This document shows positions 24,113 through 37,441 of a stretch of 64,000 bases of DNA, in pieces; position 1 is the first letter of the stretch, and each line of letters opens with the position of its first letter. The notes below the pieces were generated by a model. The model searched no databases and was not told the DNA's origin. It saw nothing but the letters and a program-made list of their open reading frames with translations. The stretch comes from Apteryx mantelli. Taxonomy: Eukaryota. A program made the translations under genes and the position numbers. The stretch spans positions 20,774,000-20,837,999 of the forward strand of contig NC_089978.1 of the NCBI RefSeq assembly GCF_036417845.1, written 5' to 3'.

Positions 24113-25789
24113 GGAAATACTGAATTTGTGTAACAAAATTATGGGCTTTAGTATTTCACCTTAAACAACTGGAGTTTATCATACTTGTCACGCATCCATC
24201 GCCTGAAATAAGTAACAATCTGTGTAACACTGCTGTTTAGCATAATTGAATTGTCTAAAAACTAAATATTGATTAACATGATAACTTTCTAAACTGGTTA
24301 TTATGAGGTTCCCATTCCCTCATAGTAAGAAAATAAATATCATTTTTGTAATTTAAGCTGCACTTCAGATAAGTCATCTCTTTGGAAGTACTGTGACTTG
24401 AAAACAAATACTCAGATAATCAGTAATGGGGGAATCAGAGCTACAGGGGCTATTGGGAAACTGACAGACAAAAAAAGAAAAGTTGGGAAGCCTGTTCGGG
24501 GAGATAAGGCTGATAAGGAGATAATGCTGCTGCATCTACTTTGCTGTCTTTTTTAGCAAATAACCCGTGGATTATATGCATGAAAATCAGTAATCAATGA
24601 TTATTTTTTCATTAATAATTTGTTATTACTGATCACAATGAAAAGATTTTGTTTTGAAAAGGGAAAACTGGATTTCTGCTGAGGAATAGAAATAGATATT
24701 TGGGGGGGGTTTCAGCAAGAAGTAAATAGATTTTCATATCTTAATTCAGGAATAACTAAACCCTAGTAACATTTTTTGTTATTACTTATTATTTTGAATA
24801 CACCTTGTAAAGTTAAGCAGCTTTATTAAACTTTGAAAGCCAAATTAAAATGTTTTGTTATTGTCACTAGGATATCTTTTTCCTTTGCAATTCAACTATA
24901 CTTAGATGTCTGCCTGTGGCCTGCAGACAAATGAATATGTTGTTTTTATATTGGTCACTATGTAACACTTATAATTTAAGTAATGTGGATTTCTTTTTCC
25001 ATTTCTTTTAGCTGGAATGATGTTTTGGTTATTTTTTTAATTTGTAGCTTCTTCTGTTTTCCAGTGTACATAGATTTCTCTAGTTCTCCATAGCTCACTT
25101 GTTGCATTTTCTATTCTTCTCACTGAACATCCTGTTTGTGAAGACAAGCATATGCAAGAAGGAAAGAGATGGGATTACTATTAGAACAGCTGGAATCGCA
25201 TTTGGGATATGCTTACCCTTCTGCATGTAATGCTGTTTAGGGATATCCAGGCAAGCTCTAAACACATATGAGGCAATATGAGTAGGTGAGCACAGTGCTC
25301 CAGGGAGGCTGACTTGCTGAGAAGCGACAGTAACTGCATGTGGCAAACGTCAGTAACCTTACTCTTGCTTTGGAACGGGAGGTAGCACATACAGAATTCA
25401 AGGAGAAAACCTTGAAGTCTGAAGCTCATTCCAAACTGACTGTTTTTTCTGATGGATCTGCAATGATAATGCTCTACTGGAGTTACTAGAGAGAGGGTTA
25501 TATGACATGTAACATTTTTCACTTGTGAGAAATCTCTGTGGCAGATTGCCTCTGTATGGAGCCCATTTCGTAGTTCAGACTGGTTGTACACAAGCCAAGC
25601 ATATTTATGCGCTATCGTGTTCATTTCTTACTTAGTTCTCAAAGTTAGCTGTTTACTCAATGATTTCCAGATAACTGCATCAGGAGGGCTTGCATAAATA
25701 ATTGTATGGCAGTATGTAGCAGTTGATTCAGCCCTTAAACATTCAGGATTTTTCTCTCTGATAGAGTAGTTTTTGTTTCAATTGAAGAA

Positions 25790-26580
25790 AAAGTTAGGGT
25801 GGATCTCTGAGGGGGAAATAAGTGAGTTTCTTCCTGGAGACCCAGAAATGTAGGGAGCAATAACCCCATGCACCAGGGCAGGCTGGGGGCTGGCCAGCTG
25901 GAAAGCAGCTCTGCAGAGAAGAACCTGGGGGTCCTGGTGGACAACAAGTTGACCATGAGTTAGTAATGTGCTCCCGTGGCAAAGAAGGCCAGTGGTATCC
26001 TGGGGTGCATTAGGCAGAGCATTGCCAGCAGGTCGAGGAAGGTGATCCTTCCCTCTACTCAGCCCTGGTGAGGCCACATCTGGAGTGCTGGGTCCACGCT
26101 GGGCTCCCCAATACAAGAGAGACATACAGCTACTGGAGTGAGTCCAGTGGATTGCTACAGAGATGATTAAGGGACTGGAGCATGTCTCATATGAGGAGAT
26201 GCTGGGAGAACTGGGACTCTTTAGCCTGGAAAAGAGAAGACTGGGGGGGGGGGGGGTGTTCTTATCAACGTGTGCAAGTATCTGAAGGGAGGGTATAAGG
26301 AGGATGGGGCCAGACTCTTCTCAGTGGTGCCCAGTGATAGGATGAGAGGCAAAGGGCACAAAACGAAACACAGGAAGTTCCATCTGAACACAAGGAAAAA
26401 TGAGGGTGACAGAGCACTGGAACAGGTTGCCCAGAGAGGTTGTGGAGTCTCCGTTCTTGGAGATGTTCAAAAGCTGTCTGGACAGTGTCCTGGACAAAGT
26501 TGTCTAGGCAATCCTGCTTGAGCAGGGGATTGGGCTAGATAATATCCAGAGGTCCCTTCCAACATCAGCCATTCTGTGAA
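25790..26580 (+). mobile_element. CR1 LINE 3' end (ORF2 C-terminus plus 3' UTR), plus orientation
   Basis: Canonical CR1 blocks: ctggaaagcagctctgcagagaagaacctgggggtcctggtggacaacaagttgaccatgag, tactcagccctggtgaggccacatctggagtgctg, gcactggaacaggttgcccagagaggttgtggagtctcc, and the terminal ...ccttccaacatcagccattctgtgaa. ORF-track entries 25735-26521 on both strands are CR1-derived. Confidence 0.85.
26242..26256. repeat. poly(G) homopolymer, 15 nt, inside CR1
   Basis: Read directly. Confidence 0.9.
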
Positions 26581-27344
26581 ATGGCCAGCAGTTAAACTCG
26601 TGTGGTGTTGGATTTAGTCTGAGATTTACAAGAAGCAGAGATAGATGATTTTCAAGCTGTAATCTCTCATGTCTCTAGTTAGCATAGTTCATTTTGACAC
26701 TTAGTGAAATGGATTGATAGGTATCGGCCAACTCTTGATTGCTGTTGTGCTTTATTCTGTCCAGTTTACACAATTTAAGCAAGTTTACGTTAAGGTATTA
26801 CTGTGACTATACTTCGCTTTGTACTCTAACTAGGAAAGAGCTAGCTCTAGGATTTTGCATTGTATTTGTACCCATAACTTCAGGGAGTGCTAGAAGGATA
26901 AATGTTCCACTGACTTAATGTTTATTTCTGAAAGGAATATTAACACATCTTGGAAGTAGAGTATTGCAGACTTCACTCAGAGGCAATATAGCTTTCCAGA
27001 AACTTGACACTAGTAATTTGATGTCTTTTAAGCCAGACAAGCAACCCCATTCGTATCAGGTTTACTCTTCTGGCAGCCTATATTGCTTAGTACTCTCATC
27101 TGACAGTAGAATATGCAAGGGTAGCTACTGAAGGAGAATAAAAATGTTACTATCATGAGTGCTTCAGATGCAGCATTTTAAAATGTTTTTGGCTTTTGTT
27201 GGAGTTTTTTCTGCTTTTCTAAGTTGTTATTTGTTTTTCACTTTTTCCTTCTTCCCCTATCATGTTGGAATTGCAATCATAGAACTTTTTTTCACTTTGA
27301 TAACGTGTAAACTTTCAGTCCTAATTATTTGACATTCCTTACAG

Positions 27345-27566
27345 ATATATTGAAAGTACTGCTGTGGGGCCCAGTGAAATATGGGATGCTCCTCTAGAAG
27401 AAATTCCTGAAACCCTGGAAAATTTAAATCCTATAAACATGGAATGTCTGGAGGAAGTGGATTTCAGATCACTTTCTAATAAAGAGCTACAAGTGAGAAT
27501 TAGTCATGTTGTGTCCCCTAGCAAAATTTTTATACAATGGCTATCATCAGAAAGTTTACTGAAAAG
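27345..27566 (+). CDS. RNF17: RNF17 coding exon (start of Tudor 3)
   Basis: Acceptor cattccttacag|A; donor AAAAG|gtactt. Frame matches ORF-track 27364..27636. Peptide YIESTAVGPSEIWDAPLEEIPETLENLNPINMECLEEVDFRSLSNKELQVRISHVVSPSKIFIQWLSSESLLK. Confidence 0.85.
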
Positions 27567-28499
27567 GTACTTAAATTCAAAGAACTTGTCTAGAGTTAAG
27601 GCACACTTACTACAAATTGATGAAAAATATGGTTAGAACAAACTATTTCAGGTGGCATTTGGCAGTGGGGCACTCTTTTGAGTGCTGTTGAATTGTCCTG
27701 CTTTGAGGGAAGTATAGGAACAAAAGACAGATTTGCACTAAGTTGTGTTTCATTAAATATTTGTGATTCAAAATTAACTGTATGATCTAACTCCCATTTC
27801 AAATAATTCTGATGTAGCAAGTGTGGGAGCCTGGCAAATGCAATATTGTCCAGAAAGACTAAATCTTTCTGCTTGTTACTCTCTCCTTCTGTTCCTTTGT
27901 TTGGAATCTGACTAAATAATACCAGCATTCTAAATCATAGACCTTCAGTCAATTTATTTCTTTTTCCATGATTCTAATATGCTGTTAGGAAAGCTTGAAA
28001 GCAACTTCTGAACATGATATGTCAACCTTCTTTGGTACTTGAAAGCCAAACCTTAAGTAATACTGCCTACTGTTTAGAGACAAATATAAATATCATTGTT
28101 TAGTGCGAGTTACTTATTTTCTACCTCTTATTTCTCCTTTGATTTTTACTTCTTTGCATATACTGACCTGGAGTCCCCTTCAGTTAGTTATGGCACTAAG
28201 TGAGGCTCGCTGTCTCTTAAGTTGTCAAGAGAAAATAATCAAGAGTATCAATCAAATATTGCTATACAGGAGGGTCAGGGCCTTTCAGATTAATTCAGCA
28301 ATTCTAATTGGATTGCATCTTTTTTGAACCTCCATTTCGTGTATTTCTAACATGCCATAAGGAAAGGCTACAATACTAGGTGTCTGTTAAACAGTTATTA
28401 AAATTTTACTGTATGCTAGTTAAGCAGTAATTGACTGAAAAAACCCTTTACTTATTGGGTAAAATCTTACTATTGGAAAAGTATATTTTTTAATGTTAG

Positions 28500-28650
28500 T
28501 TTACAGGAGAAGATGGCTACTATTTATGAAGAATCCCAGCCAGAGTCTGTGAAGTGGGAAACCAGTATGCATTGTGCTGTTTATGTACGTGATTGGAAAC
28601 AGTGGCAAAGAGGTCAGATAAGCAGGATTGTCTCGGAAACAACTGCAGAG
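28500..28650 (+). CDS. RNF17: RNF17 coding exon (Tudor 3 core)
   Basis: Acceptor taatgttag|T (ag 28498-28499). It is chosen over the stronger-looking ttacag|G at 28506 because only it keeps phase with the previous exon, which ends in phase 2. It gives ...LLKS LQEKMATIY (human-like LLNSLEEKMIAAY). Donor GAG|gtgaac. Frame matches ORF-track 28513..28707. Peptide ...EESQPESVKWETSMHCAVYVRDWKQWQRGQISRIVSETTAE. Confidence 0.8.
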
Positions 28651-29519
28651 GTGAACATCATCATAAGATTCATACTTTTATTTCTAAAGTTTTTGAGAAT
28701 TCATTGATAAAATAATCTCAAATCTTGAGGTTTTTGTGTTAATATTTTCTCATATAGCCTTTTGCTTTTGTCCAGAGTTTATTTTCAGTTACATTATACA
28801 TTGCTGTAAGGAAGATTATTGTCTCATCAAAACTCAAAATGTATTTAGCAGGGCACTTGATAGTTGAGGAAGGTTCATGAGATTGACTTTGTGTATGGTC
28901 ACAGTACACAGAGCAACATGCCACAGATTCCCAAGCTGTAGCCTAACAGTTTGACTCAGATTCCAGAAGCATTATGATCCTCAAGTTGGCAGTCAGCCAA
29001 ACCTAATAATCCTTGCTAAGAGATGGGGTTGGCTGAATTAAGTCCACCACCATGTGAACATCTGTAGTTATGCTGTTCCTTGAACCATAAACTGATGTTG
29101 ATGCACTGTGCCAAAGAGATGTAACACTTTACCCAGTAACCTTTCACACAATGCTGCTTTAAGCGTGCATTTTGTTGCACCCACTTGAATAAGGAGCATC
29201 GGGAGCAGGCATTGAATGAGTAGATAACTACTTAACTCAAAAGTAAGAGTGGCTTTTTTAGTTGTACAGGTAATCCAGGTCTTGATTACAATTAGTTCTC
29301 TCTAGCATCATCAGATTATGCCCCTGGATCTTAGTAACAGGAAGCAGAAGTGGGACTTCCTATATTTAGGATTTGTATAATCTTTGCCTTCCAAAACTAG
29401 GAACCCCTTCAGTTGGAAGTGCTGGAATTATTTGAAATTACTATATTATTTTTTAATTATATAAGACTTATAGTTTGTATCAATCATTATATTATTAGTA
29501 TATGAAATGCTGGGGAAGG

Positions 29520-31095
29520 TGAGAAGAGGGAGTTGCCCTTTATGTGAGAGGGCAGCTGAAATGCATGGTGCTTTGCCTAGGGATGGATGATGAGCCAGCT
29601 GAGAGCTTATGGGTTATGATTAGAGGGTGGACCAACATGGGCAACATTGTGGTGAGCGTCTGCAACAGGCCGCCTGGTCAGGAAGAAAAGTAGTAGGTGA
29701 GGTCTTTTTCAGACAGCTAGAGGAAGCCTCACATGCACAGGCCCTGGTCCTTATGGGGTACTTTAACTGTTTTGATATCTGCTGGAAGGACACATGCAAT
29801 CCAAGAGGTTTCTGGAATCCACTGATGATAACTTTGTGACACAGCTGACTGAGGAGCCAGTGAGGGGAGAGGCTTTGCTGGACTTCATACTTACAAATGA
29901 GGAAGAACTGCTCAGGGATGTGAAGGCTGGAGGCAGCCTTGGCTGCAGGGACCATGAGATGGTGGAGTTCAGGATCTTGAGAGAAGCAAGCAAGGCAAAA
30001 AGCAGGATCACAGCCATGGACTTCAGGACAGCAGGCTTTGGCCTGTTCAAGAATCTGCTTGGAAGAACTGCAGGGGATAGGGTCCTGGAGGGAAGAGGGG
30101 TCCAGAAGACCTGTTGGAAGCATCACCTCCTTCAAGGTCAAGAATGGTCCATCCCCGCGTGTAGTAAATCAAGCAAAGGTGGCAGGAGGCCTGCATGGAT
30201 GACAGAATGCATGCTCATCAAGTTTGCAGACAGTACAAAACTTGGAGGAGTGATTGACAGACCAGATGGGAGCATTGCCTTTCAGAGGGACCTTGACAAG
30301 CTGGAGAAAAGGGCTAACAGGAACCTCATGAAGTTTAGCACTAGGAAGTGCCAAGTCCTGCCCCTAGACAAGAATAATCTCATGCACCATTACAGGCTGG
30401 GGGCCAACTGGCTGGAAAGTAACTTGGCAGAAAAGGACCTGGGGGTCCTGGTGGACAAGTTGAACATGAGCCAGCAATGTGCCCTTGCAGCAAAGGGAGG
30501 CCAACGATATCATGAGCCGCATTAGGAGGAGCGTTGCCAGCATGTTGAGGGAGGTGATTCTTCTCTACTCAGCCCTGGTGAGGCCACATCTGGAGTGCTG
30601 TGTCCAGTTCTGGGCTCGCAAGCACAAGAGAGATACGGACATACTGGAGAAAGTCCAACAAAGGGCCATGAAGGTGATTAAGGGGCAGGAGCATCTGTCA
30701 TAGGAAGAAAGGCTTAGAGCTGGGCCTGTTTAGCCTGGAGAAGAGAAGGTTCAGGGGGGTGTCTTATCACTGTGTATAAATACCTGATGGGAGGGCGTAA
30801 AGAAAACGGAGCCAGACTGTTCTTAGTGGTGTCCAGTGACAGGAGAAGAGGCAAATGGGCACAAACTGAAATACAAGAAGCTGCATTTCAAAATAAAAAA
30901 CCTTTTTCCTGTAAAGTTGATTTAACACTGGTAGTGGGTTGCTTAGAGAAGTTGCAGAGTTTCCATCCTTGACGATATTCAAAACCTGACTGAACGCAGC
31001 CCTAAGCAGCCCCTATTGTAGTTGATCCTGTTTTGAGCAGGGAAGTTGGACTAGACAATCTCTAGCGGTTCCTTCCAGCCTCAATGATTCTGTGT
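29520..31095 (+). mobile_element. CR1 LINE copy with internal deletion (ORF2 N-terminal segment joined to ORF2 C-terminus and 3' UTR)
   Basis: ORF-track 29794..30525 (243 aa) reads DFILTNEEELLRDVKAGGSLGCRDHEMVEFRILR...SKGGRRPAWM, then jumps directly to ...[90 protein letters not shown]. Most of the reverse-transcriptase core is missing. Downstream [17 protein letters not shown]...HLS and the 3' tail ...ggttccttccagcctcaatgattctgtg are canonical CR1. Confidence 0.85.
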
Positions 31096-32643
31096 TTCTA
31101 TTTGACTGTGCTTAAATTTCTTTCAGGCCTTAAAGATTTGAAAGAGATTTTGTTGTTATTCATGGTATAGTTCAGAAAAGATGTAGTATAAACATAGTTG
31201 AGCTAATAACAGTAATAACAGGCTAGGATATCTGTTACTGTTCAGGAAGGGAGGAAACAAGCTATTTCAGCATTTCTGTGTTTGCAAATTTATATGCACC
31301 AATATAACCAAAGTAGGGGAAAAGAAATTTCTTTTTCCAGGTAACAGCCTAGATGCATACACACTCCTACAAAGAGTGTGCAGGTATCACCAAGAATTGC
31401 ACAACGTAGTGGTAGTAAGTCCAAATGCACGCTCCAGTAGGTGCACATCAGCTATTGTGCTGTAAGTCTTGTATGTTGTTTTCTTGTGCTTTCTACATCC
31501 AGCTCCCCTAAAACAGCATTTCCCTGTCCATTGGACATCACCTTAGGAATTTTGTCACTTTGCTACCATCTGATTTCTTAGCAAAGCTTCATTGTTTCCT
31601 GTGTTGTTTTTTTACTTTGTGCGTAGTAAGCTAGGTCTTTGCCTGCATTTCTTGTTATGTTTGTAGTGGCCTGCCTTTTGAAACAGTTTCCTGAGGCTTT
31701 TGCTTGAATTTTTTTTTTTAATCTCTCTGTGGACAGTATATTGAGTGGGGTTAGTTATTTTGCAGGGAGACGACTGGCATGTGTGTGTGGAGGGGAAAGG
31801 GAGTTGTTCCCTAATCCTTAATACCACCACCAGTAAAAATGTCCAGTGAAGTATTTAGGGGTTTTTTGGTTTTTTGTTTTTTTTCTTAAAGTTGTCATTA
31901 TCTAACAGGAGTAAAGATGGTTCTGACTGAGCTTTTGGGATCCCAAATATGCCCCTTTTTATTATAGTTCTCTTTCAGTGAACAGTGGGCCCATGTTATT
32001 ACCCTTACCCTTACCATTTCAGGAAAAGCAATGTTTGGAGATAACTTTATGATTGCAGGGAATATAAACATCAGTGCTAATCTTATCTGATTGAAAAGGG
32101 CTTGGATTTGGCTTTTCAGGCCAGCAGTTTTGCTGGTTCATTCTTCTTCCTGTTGTACAAGAAGCTGCTCTACTGGGTCAGACAAAGATCCGTTAATCCC
32201 AGTATTCTCTCTTCAGTAGCATCTAGAGTAGATGCTTGGGGAAAGCTTACAGTAAACAAGGCAGATATAGAGTGACTTTCCTCTGCCATACTTCCCCAGT
32301 TTCCAGCAATGAAAGTTGTGGGATTTCTGACTTGAAGGTGCAGCTGTACTGTCATGTTTGGTAACCTGGCAAACTTATTCTCTATGAATTTGTTTAACCC
32401 CCTTTGAACACGTTTGCGTTTCAGCCTCTCGGTACTCTGTGGTCGTCATTTGTGTTGTGTGAACAGTGCAGAGGCCAATGGTAATCTCTGTGTGGCATTC
32501 ACTGGTAACTTCACTCCATTATGAATGCTGCTAGTGTGTGTGTATGCATATATAAAAATTATGCATTGAATTATCGTTTATTGCAGATAATGGATAATGT
32601 TAGAGGGTTTTTTCTGTTTCATTGTGTTTCCTGTCTGTAACAG

Positions 32644-32762
32644 GTAATGTTGTATGATTCCGGAGCTGTAAAAACAGTGGATGTCAGCTGTCTAAGAAAA
32701 CTTGAAGAAAATATGAAGATAATGAGGACGTTAGCAATAGAATGTTCCTTGGTAGATATAAG
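32644..32762 (+). CDS. RNF17: RNF17 coding exon (Tudor 3 C-terminal half)
   Basis: Acceptor ctgtctgtaacag|G; donor ATAAG|gtaacc. Peptide [39 protein letters not shown]. Confidence 0.85.
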
Positions 32763-33533
32763 GTAACCTTTCCCTTATATTGAAATAGCAGTATCAGAAA
32801 CCTGCTAATGATATAACTCAATATTTTCTTGGGTTAGCACTGATGACCTGAGACCTGGATATGATTTGCTTTTTGTATAAAGAAGAAATTGGGTGACAGC
32901 TGTCACATGTTATAAAGGCTTTTTTTCTAAGGTTATGGTGCATACCAGTAAAGCACAAACTCTGATACAGAAATAAAAAACTTTGCATAGGATGAATTAT
33001 AAAACACTGGACAGGTGGCATAGGATTTCCTGATTTCCTGAATGTTCTTTTCTTTGACACAGAATTTTGGATGAATCCAGCCTCATGAAAGTGTACAGAA
33101 GGTCTCTCTTTTCCAGACTGTAGAAAAGAGAGAGAATTGTTGTGGGTTTTGTGTGCTGTCTATACTGGAAAGAAAAACAATCATGTTGTAATACCTGTTC
33201 CCTAAATGAGTACAGAATGCCCAATTTGCAGATGAACTATGGTTTTCCATGGTTCTTTGAAGACTTAATTCTAGAATTCATGATCCTCCCAGAATTTGAA
33301 AGTTTGTTTTTGTGTTTTTGAATTCTTCTGTCATACCAATCCAGAACCAAATAACCATTTCTTTTTACTATTGGCTGTAATACAGATTGTCTTTTTTTCA
33401 CTGGCAATACAGGCAATTTCAAAAAACATTGGAGCCTTAGTAAAGGGTTAGATTTTTCCATGTAAGCTTAGAAGATGGTCAGTAAAGCCAACTTCTCTTG
33501 TACTAAAGGAAGTTTTAATTTGTTTCATGTCAG

Positions 33534-33624
33534 ACCAACAGGTGGAAGCATGCAGTGGACAGCAACAGTATGTGAATGTGTATCCTATTACCTAACTGAC
33601 GCACAAGCAAAAATAATTATACAG
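33534..33624 (+). CDS. RNF17: RNF17 coding exon
   Basis: Acceptor ttgtttcatgtcag|A; donor CAG|gtttgt. Peptide (R)PTGGSMQWTATVCECVSYYLTDAQAKIIIQ. Confidence 0.85.
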
Positions 33625-34496
33625 GTTTGTAATTACAAACAGCAGTATTCATGAAATTTCTGTTAGGTTGTTTGTTCATTAATTTAATTTTGCAAAATAT
33701 TTTCACTCTTCAAACAATATGAGTGGAACTTTAGGTTGCTGTTTGCTATAAAGGAAAAGATGCTTTCTTTTTTTTTCTGTTTGATTTTTGTTACTCACTG
33801 GAGCATTAGAGCAGTTTGGCTGCAGAGTGTAAAAAGAAAATCTTACATACACTTAGTTACTGAAGCATAGTTTTAAAATATTTGGGTTCACTGGGTGCTG
33901 GTATCTCTTATGGACAGATGAGCTTTTCAGCAAGATGCTCGTGTTCTTGAAAATAACTTTAGCAGCTGCTGTATTTGTTTTCAAGCCTCAGAAACTGAAA
34001 TAACAGGTCAGTTTTAGGTCCAGTGCTGTATGAACATCATTTATGGTAGACTTCTTCCATCAGTAAACAAAACTTAATTATTATGAGGGTTTGATTTGTT
34101 CAGTATTTGTTGGCAGCTGCCACTGAGTTTTATAGTGCGTCTGGGAATAAAAGCACTGATGAGCAAGGTTACCTATGAGTAGATTTAATGTTCCTGGGAG
34201 AGAAAAACAAGTATTTGGCAGTTCATTCAAAGAAAACAGCTAGGGGAAGAAGCAAAGCTTTACTCTGGTTTCTTTCTTTCTTTTTTTTTTTTCTCCCCCC
34301 CCAATGTCATGTTTAGAAGAGTTGGTTAGATGATGGGAGCTGTAATATGAATTAAATAAACTTTGCATCTTCTGATCTGGCATCAGTTGTTCAACAGAGT
34401 CTTATTTGTAGTCAATACAAATAAAATGAAAAATATGCCAGTAGTTTAGAGAAAGTACATATTCTAACATGTTGTATGGCTCTAATTTTTTACCAG

Positions 34497-34612
34497 GAAA
34501 GTGATGTGGCTTGTCCGTTGCCTGTGAAAATTCTTTGCAAAGATGAAGCAGGACAATTTATTGATATTTCAGAACACCTTATTAAAAAGGGTTTGGCTTT
34601 TAGAAACAGAAG
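34497..34612 (+). CDS. RNF17: RNF17 coding exon
   Basis: Acceptor taattttttaccag|G; donor AGAAG|gtttgg. Frame matches ORF-track 34476..34685. Peptide ESDVACPLPVKILCKDEAGQFIDISEHLIKKGLAFRNR. Confidence 0.85.
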
Positions 34613-34943
34613 GTTTGGACACTTTTATATTCTTTCAGACTCAGATTCAAATTGTGGTAAGCTGATAAGTAAAATGAAAACTTGAGTTGTTCTCTGCAGC
34701 ATACATAGAAACAAAGCACTGTTTTAAGTGGACTTACTTGAGTAAAATAGTATTAATTGTATCCATTGCGTGTTTCAGTTCTTTAAGTCAGTGGATGAGA
34801 TGTCTGACGATATTTTAACAAGCATTTGCCATCTCTGTGGTTTGTTGGGTTTTTTTTCTTTTTACTTCTGTTGTTTTATTCTTTTTCACTTTTCAAGTTG
34901 TTCATCTTCTGATATGTTGATACGATTTGATTGAATTTGCTAG

Positions 34944-35251
34944 AACTGATAAAGCTGATGTGGCTGGCTCAATCCCCAAGGAACATCTTGAAGTACATTT
35001 AGAACAAGAGAACTCGCAATTAGATGGTTGTAATTTGGAAACTGCATGTACGCTAAACAGTGCTGCTCCAGAGAAAGACATCACCGTTTCTGAGAGAGAA
35101 CATAAATCAAACCAAACAGAGGAACCACTGCTTCAGTCAGGAGTGGATGAAGTATATAAACCTCCTGTTATACCTGAAACGAAAATTTTTCAAGCTGTAG
35201 TAAGTTGCGTTGGTCATGATGGAACTATCTATGTGATACCAGTATCATTAG
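34944..35251 (+). CDS. RNF17: RNF17 coding exon (linker plus start of Tudor 4)
   Basis: Acceptor ttgaatttgctag|A; donor TTAG|gtaaga. Frame matches ORF-track 34927..35265. Peptide (R)TDKADVAGSIPKEHLEVHLEQENSQLDGCNLETACTLNSAAPEKDITVSEREHKSNQTEEPLLQSGVDEVYKPPVIPETKIFQAVVSCVGHDGTIYVIPVSL. Confidence 0.85.
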
Positions 35252-36446
35252 GTAAGATTACATAGAAGGAAATGTATCTGTGTTTATGAATCCAGTAGCT
35301 GTGGTAATGTCAGAACATTTTTCTGTAAGATTCCTGTTTGGGACTGCTGTCCTTTAGATAGGATGAGGACTTTTGCATGTGTGTGTGCACGCACATTGCA
35401 TGTATTTTGTCTACTTACTTTTGTCCAACTATGTAGAAATTCAACAGCTTTTGGAAAAAAGAAACCAAAATCCCCACAAGGCAGTGCCTTACATTTTAAA
35501 AGATCAAAATAAACTGTTCTGTCCATCCACCCCCAACAATAAATCAGAAAACCCAAAACACTCGGGCAAGCAAGTTACTTGCCTTGCTTCTCTAGGCAGT
35601 ATTGTGTAAAGCAGCAAGTGCTTTATTTTGTAATTGTATTTTGTATTTGCTTTCTTTTGTAATTTGTATTTTGTCTTACACATTCTCAAAAACTAGGTTG
35701 GTTCTCAAGTATCACTGGGGGGGGTGGTTTCTGTCTTCAGTGTGAGCTCAATGCCCAGTTTTCTTTTTTAGTGTAATAGATTTTGTATCTCTGAATATTT
35801 TCTATTTCAAAATGTTTGAAAAAAAAGTACAGTTTCATCTGACAGATGCCATGTCTTCTGTACCCTGATAATACATTGTGCTCCGGAAAAAGGTTTTGCC
35901 GTGAAAACAATCTTTTTTTCACTCTGCTCTACAAATGTATTTAACTATTAAATCATGTCATAAAGATTTGAAAAAAGTACAGTAATCCCTCCCACCCAAG
36001 ACTGTATTGCTCTTCTAGTAGTTGCTGTAGGCTACTATCAGAGGAGTGTTTTTTGGAAATATGTCTCATGTTGTCTCATGGCATCCTGCTGCTGTTTCTG
36101 GGAATCTCTTGTCTTGTTGGTGACTGCTATTTTCAGAGGCTCTTGCATTACTACTGTCAAGGTGTCAACTGCAAAAACTTTAGATCCTTCTTTTCTGAGA
36201 TTAAAATCCAGAATTACTGATGGTTTCACTATTGCAAATATGATTAAATTCTTGTTCAAGTAATAACTTGTTCGCTAGTGCTAGAAGTTGAACAAACAAT
36301 GCATCAGTGTTGAGAAACATTTTTGGAGTGGCATAGGTACTTTATACATGTCTTCATGCGAATCTGCTATCCTCAGTTGATAAAAGTAATTTGCACTAAT
36401 ATGTTTTAGACTATTTTGAAATTTACATTTACAAAACTTTTTTCAG

Positions 36447-36610
36447 CAAATGAACTAAACAAATTGATGACTGAAATACAATGTAACTTCAAATGCCTTG
36501 GTCTTCTGGAACCCTACTGTTGGAAGAAGGGAGAGGCTTGTGTTATAAGAGGGTCAGATACCGTGTGGTATCGAGGTAAAGTTACAGAACTTGGTGGTGG
36601 TGCTCTCCAG
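36447..36610 (+). CDS. RNF17: RNF17 coding exon (Tudor 4 core)
   Basis: Acceptor aaaacttttttcag|C; donor CAG|gtaagt. Frame matches ORF-track 36416..36757. Peptide (A)[54 protein letters not shown]. Confidence 0.9.
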
Positions 36611-37441
36611 GTAAGTTTGATTATATATCTTACAAATATGTGTGTGTGCACACATGTGTGCACCTGTATGTGTTTAAAAAAAACAAAAAACAAAAAAAAA
36701 AATCACTCCTTTTGTCATTTGGATGACCTGACTGTCCAGATAATCATTCTGCTTTAAAACTGTAATAATTTTCCATTCTGATTTTCCATTTATTTTAAAG
36801 GTGAATTCTATCTGCCTATTTCATTTGTTGTAATTTTCCTGTAGTTCTTCTGTTGATGATAAAGGATCCTAAATAAAAAAGCAATCACCTAAGTAATCCC
36901 TTTAAAAGAGGGAAAAAAAAGAAAAAAAAAACTGAATACTTTCATTGTGATCATATGTGCAATGCCTTGAAAGTATTTTTGTTTAGCTTCCACCACCACC
37001 ACCCCACAAATAGTCACTATCTATTTGTTTAAGCTCTTTCTGCTGCTCAGGTATAGAGCAACTTTTTCTTATTAGCAGTTAGTCTTACCTAATCTCTTGA
37101 GTCTGGTTGTGCTCTTTAAATGTAAGTTTCTAACTCTGACACTTCCCTCGTTCACAAAATTAGTATTTCTTCCAGATATTAGTGTTAAACTACTGTAGCT
37201 TATTGCACATAAAGGTAGGATCTCTTGCAGGGCAAGTTTAGAGACTTCTAATCCTTCTGATCTATACCAATTCTTTAATTCCCTCCTTATTTCCACTTTG
37301 TCACATCTCATACATATCAGCAAACCATTTTATTTCTCTGGAAAAATCAATTCTGTAAATGAACCCTTTCTATGATAAACTTGATTAAAAAAAAGAAAAT
37401 AAAAATAGGAATTATTTTTGGAAACCATTTTTTTCATATAG

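Noticed and set aside
25181-26125. Minus-strand ORFs of 147, 115, 73 and 62 aa
   Set aside because: They overlap or abut the CR1 3' fragment at 25790-26580, read antisense to CR1, have low-complexity composition and no splice-phase partners. They are chance ORFs.
28507-28512. Stronger-looking acceptor ttacag|GAGAAGATG for the 28500-28650 exon
   Set aside because: The previous exon ends with a 2-nt carry (AAAAG|gt). Only the upstream acceptor gttag|T (exon start 28500) keeps the frame open, and it yields LLKS-LQEKMATIY, paralleling human LLNSLEEKMIAAY. Starting at 28507 gives an immediate stop.
29794-30525. 243-aa ORF as a host gene
   Set aside because: It is a CR1 ORF2 remnant with CR1 endonuclease/RT C-terminal motifs and no splice context.
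35600-35660. ttgtatttt-type low-complexity repeats and various A/T homopolymers (e.g. 36675-36700, 41165-41185)
   Set aside because: These are ordinary intronic low complexity with no structure beyond simple sequence.
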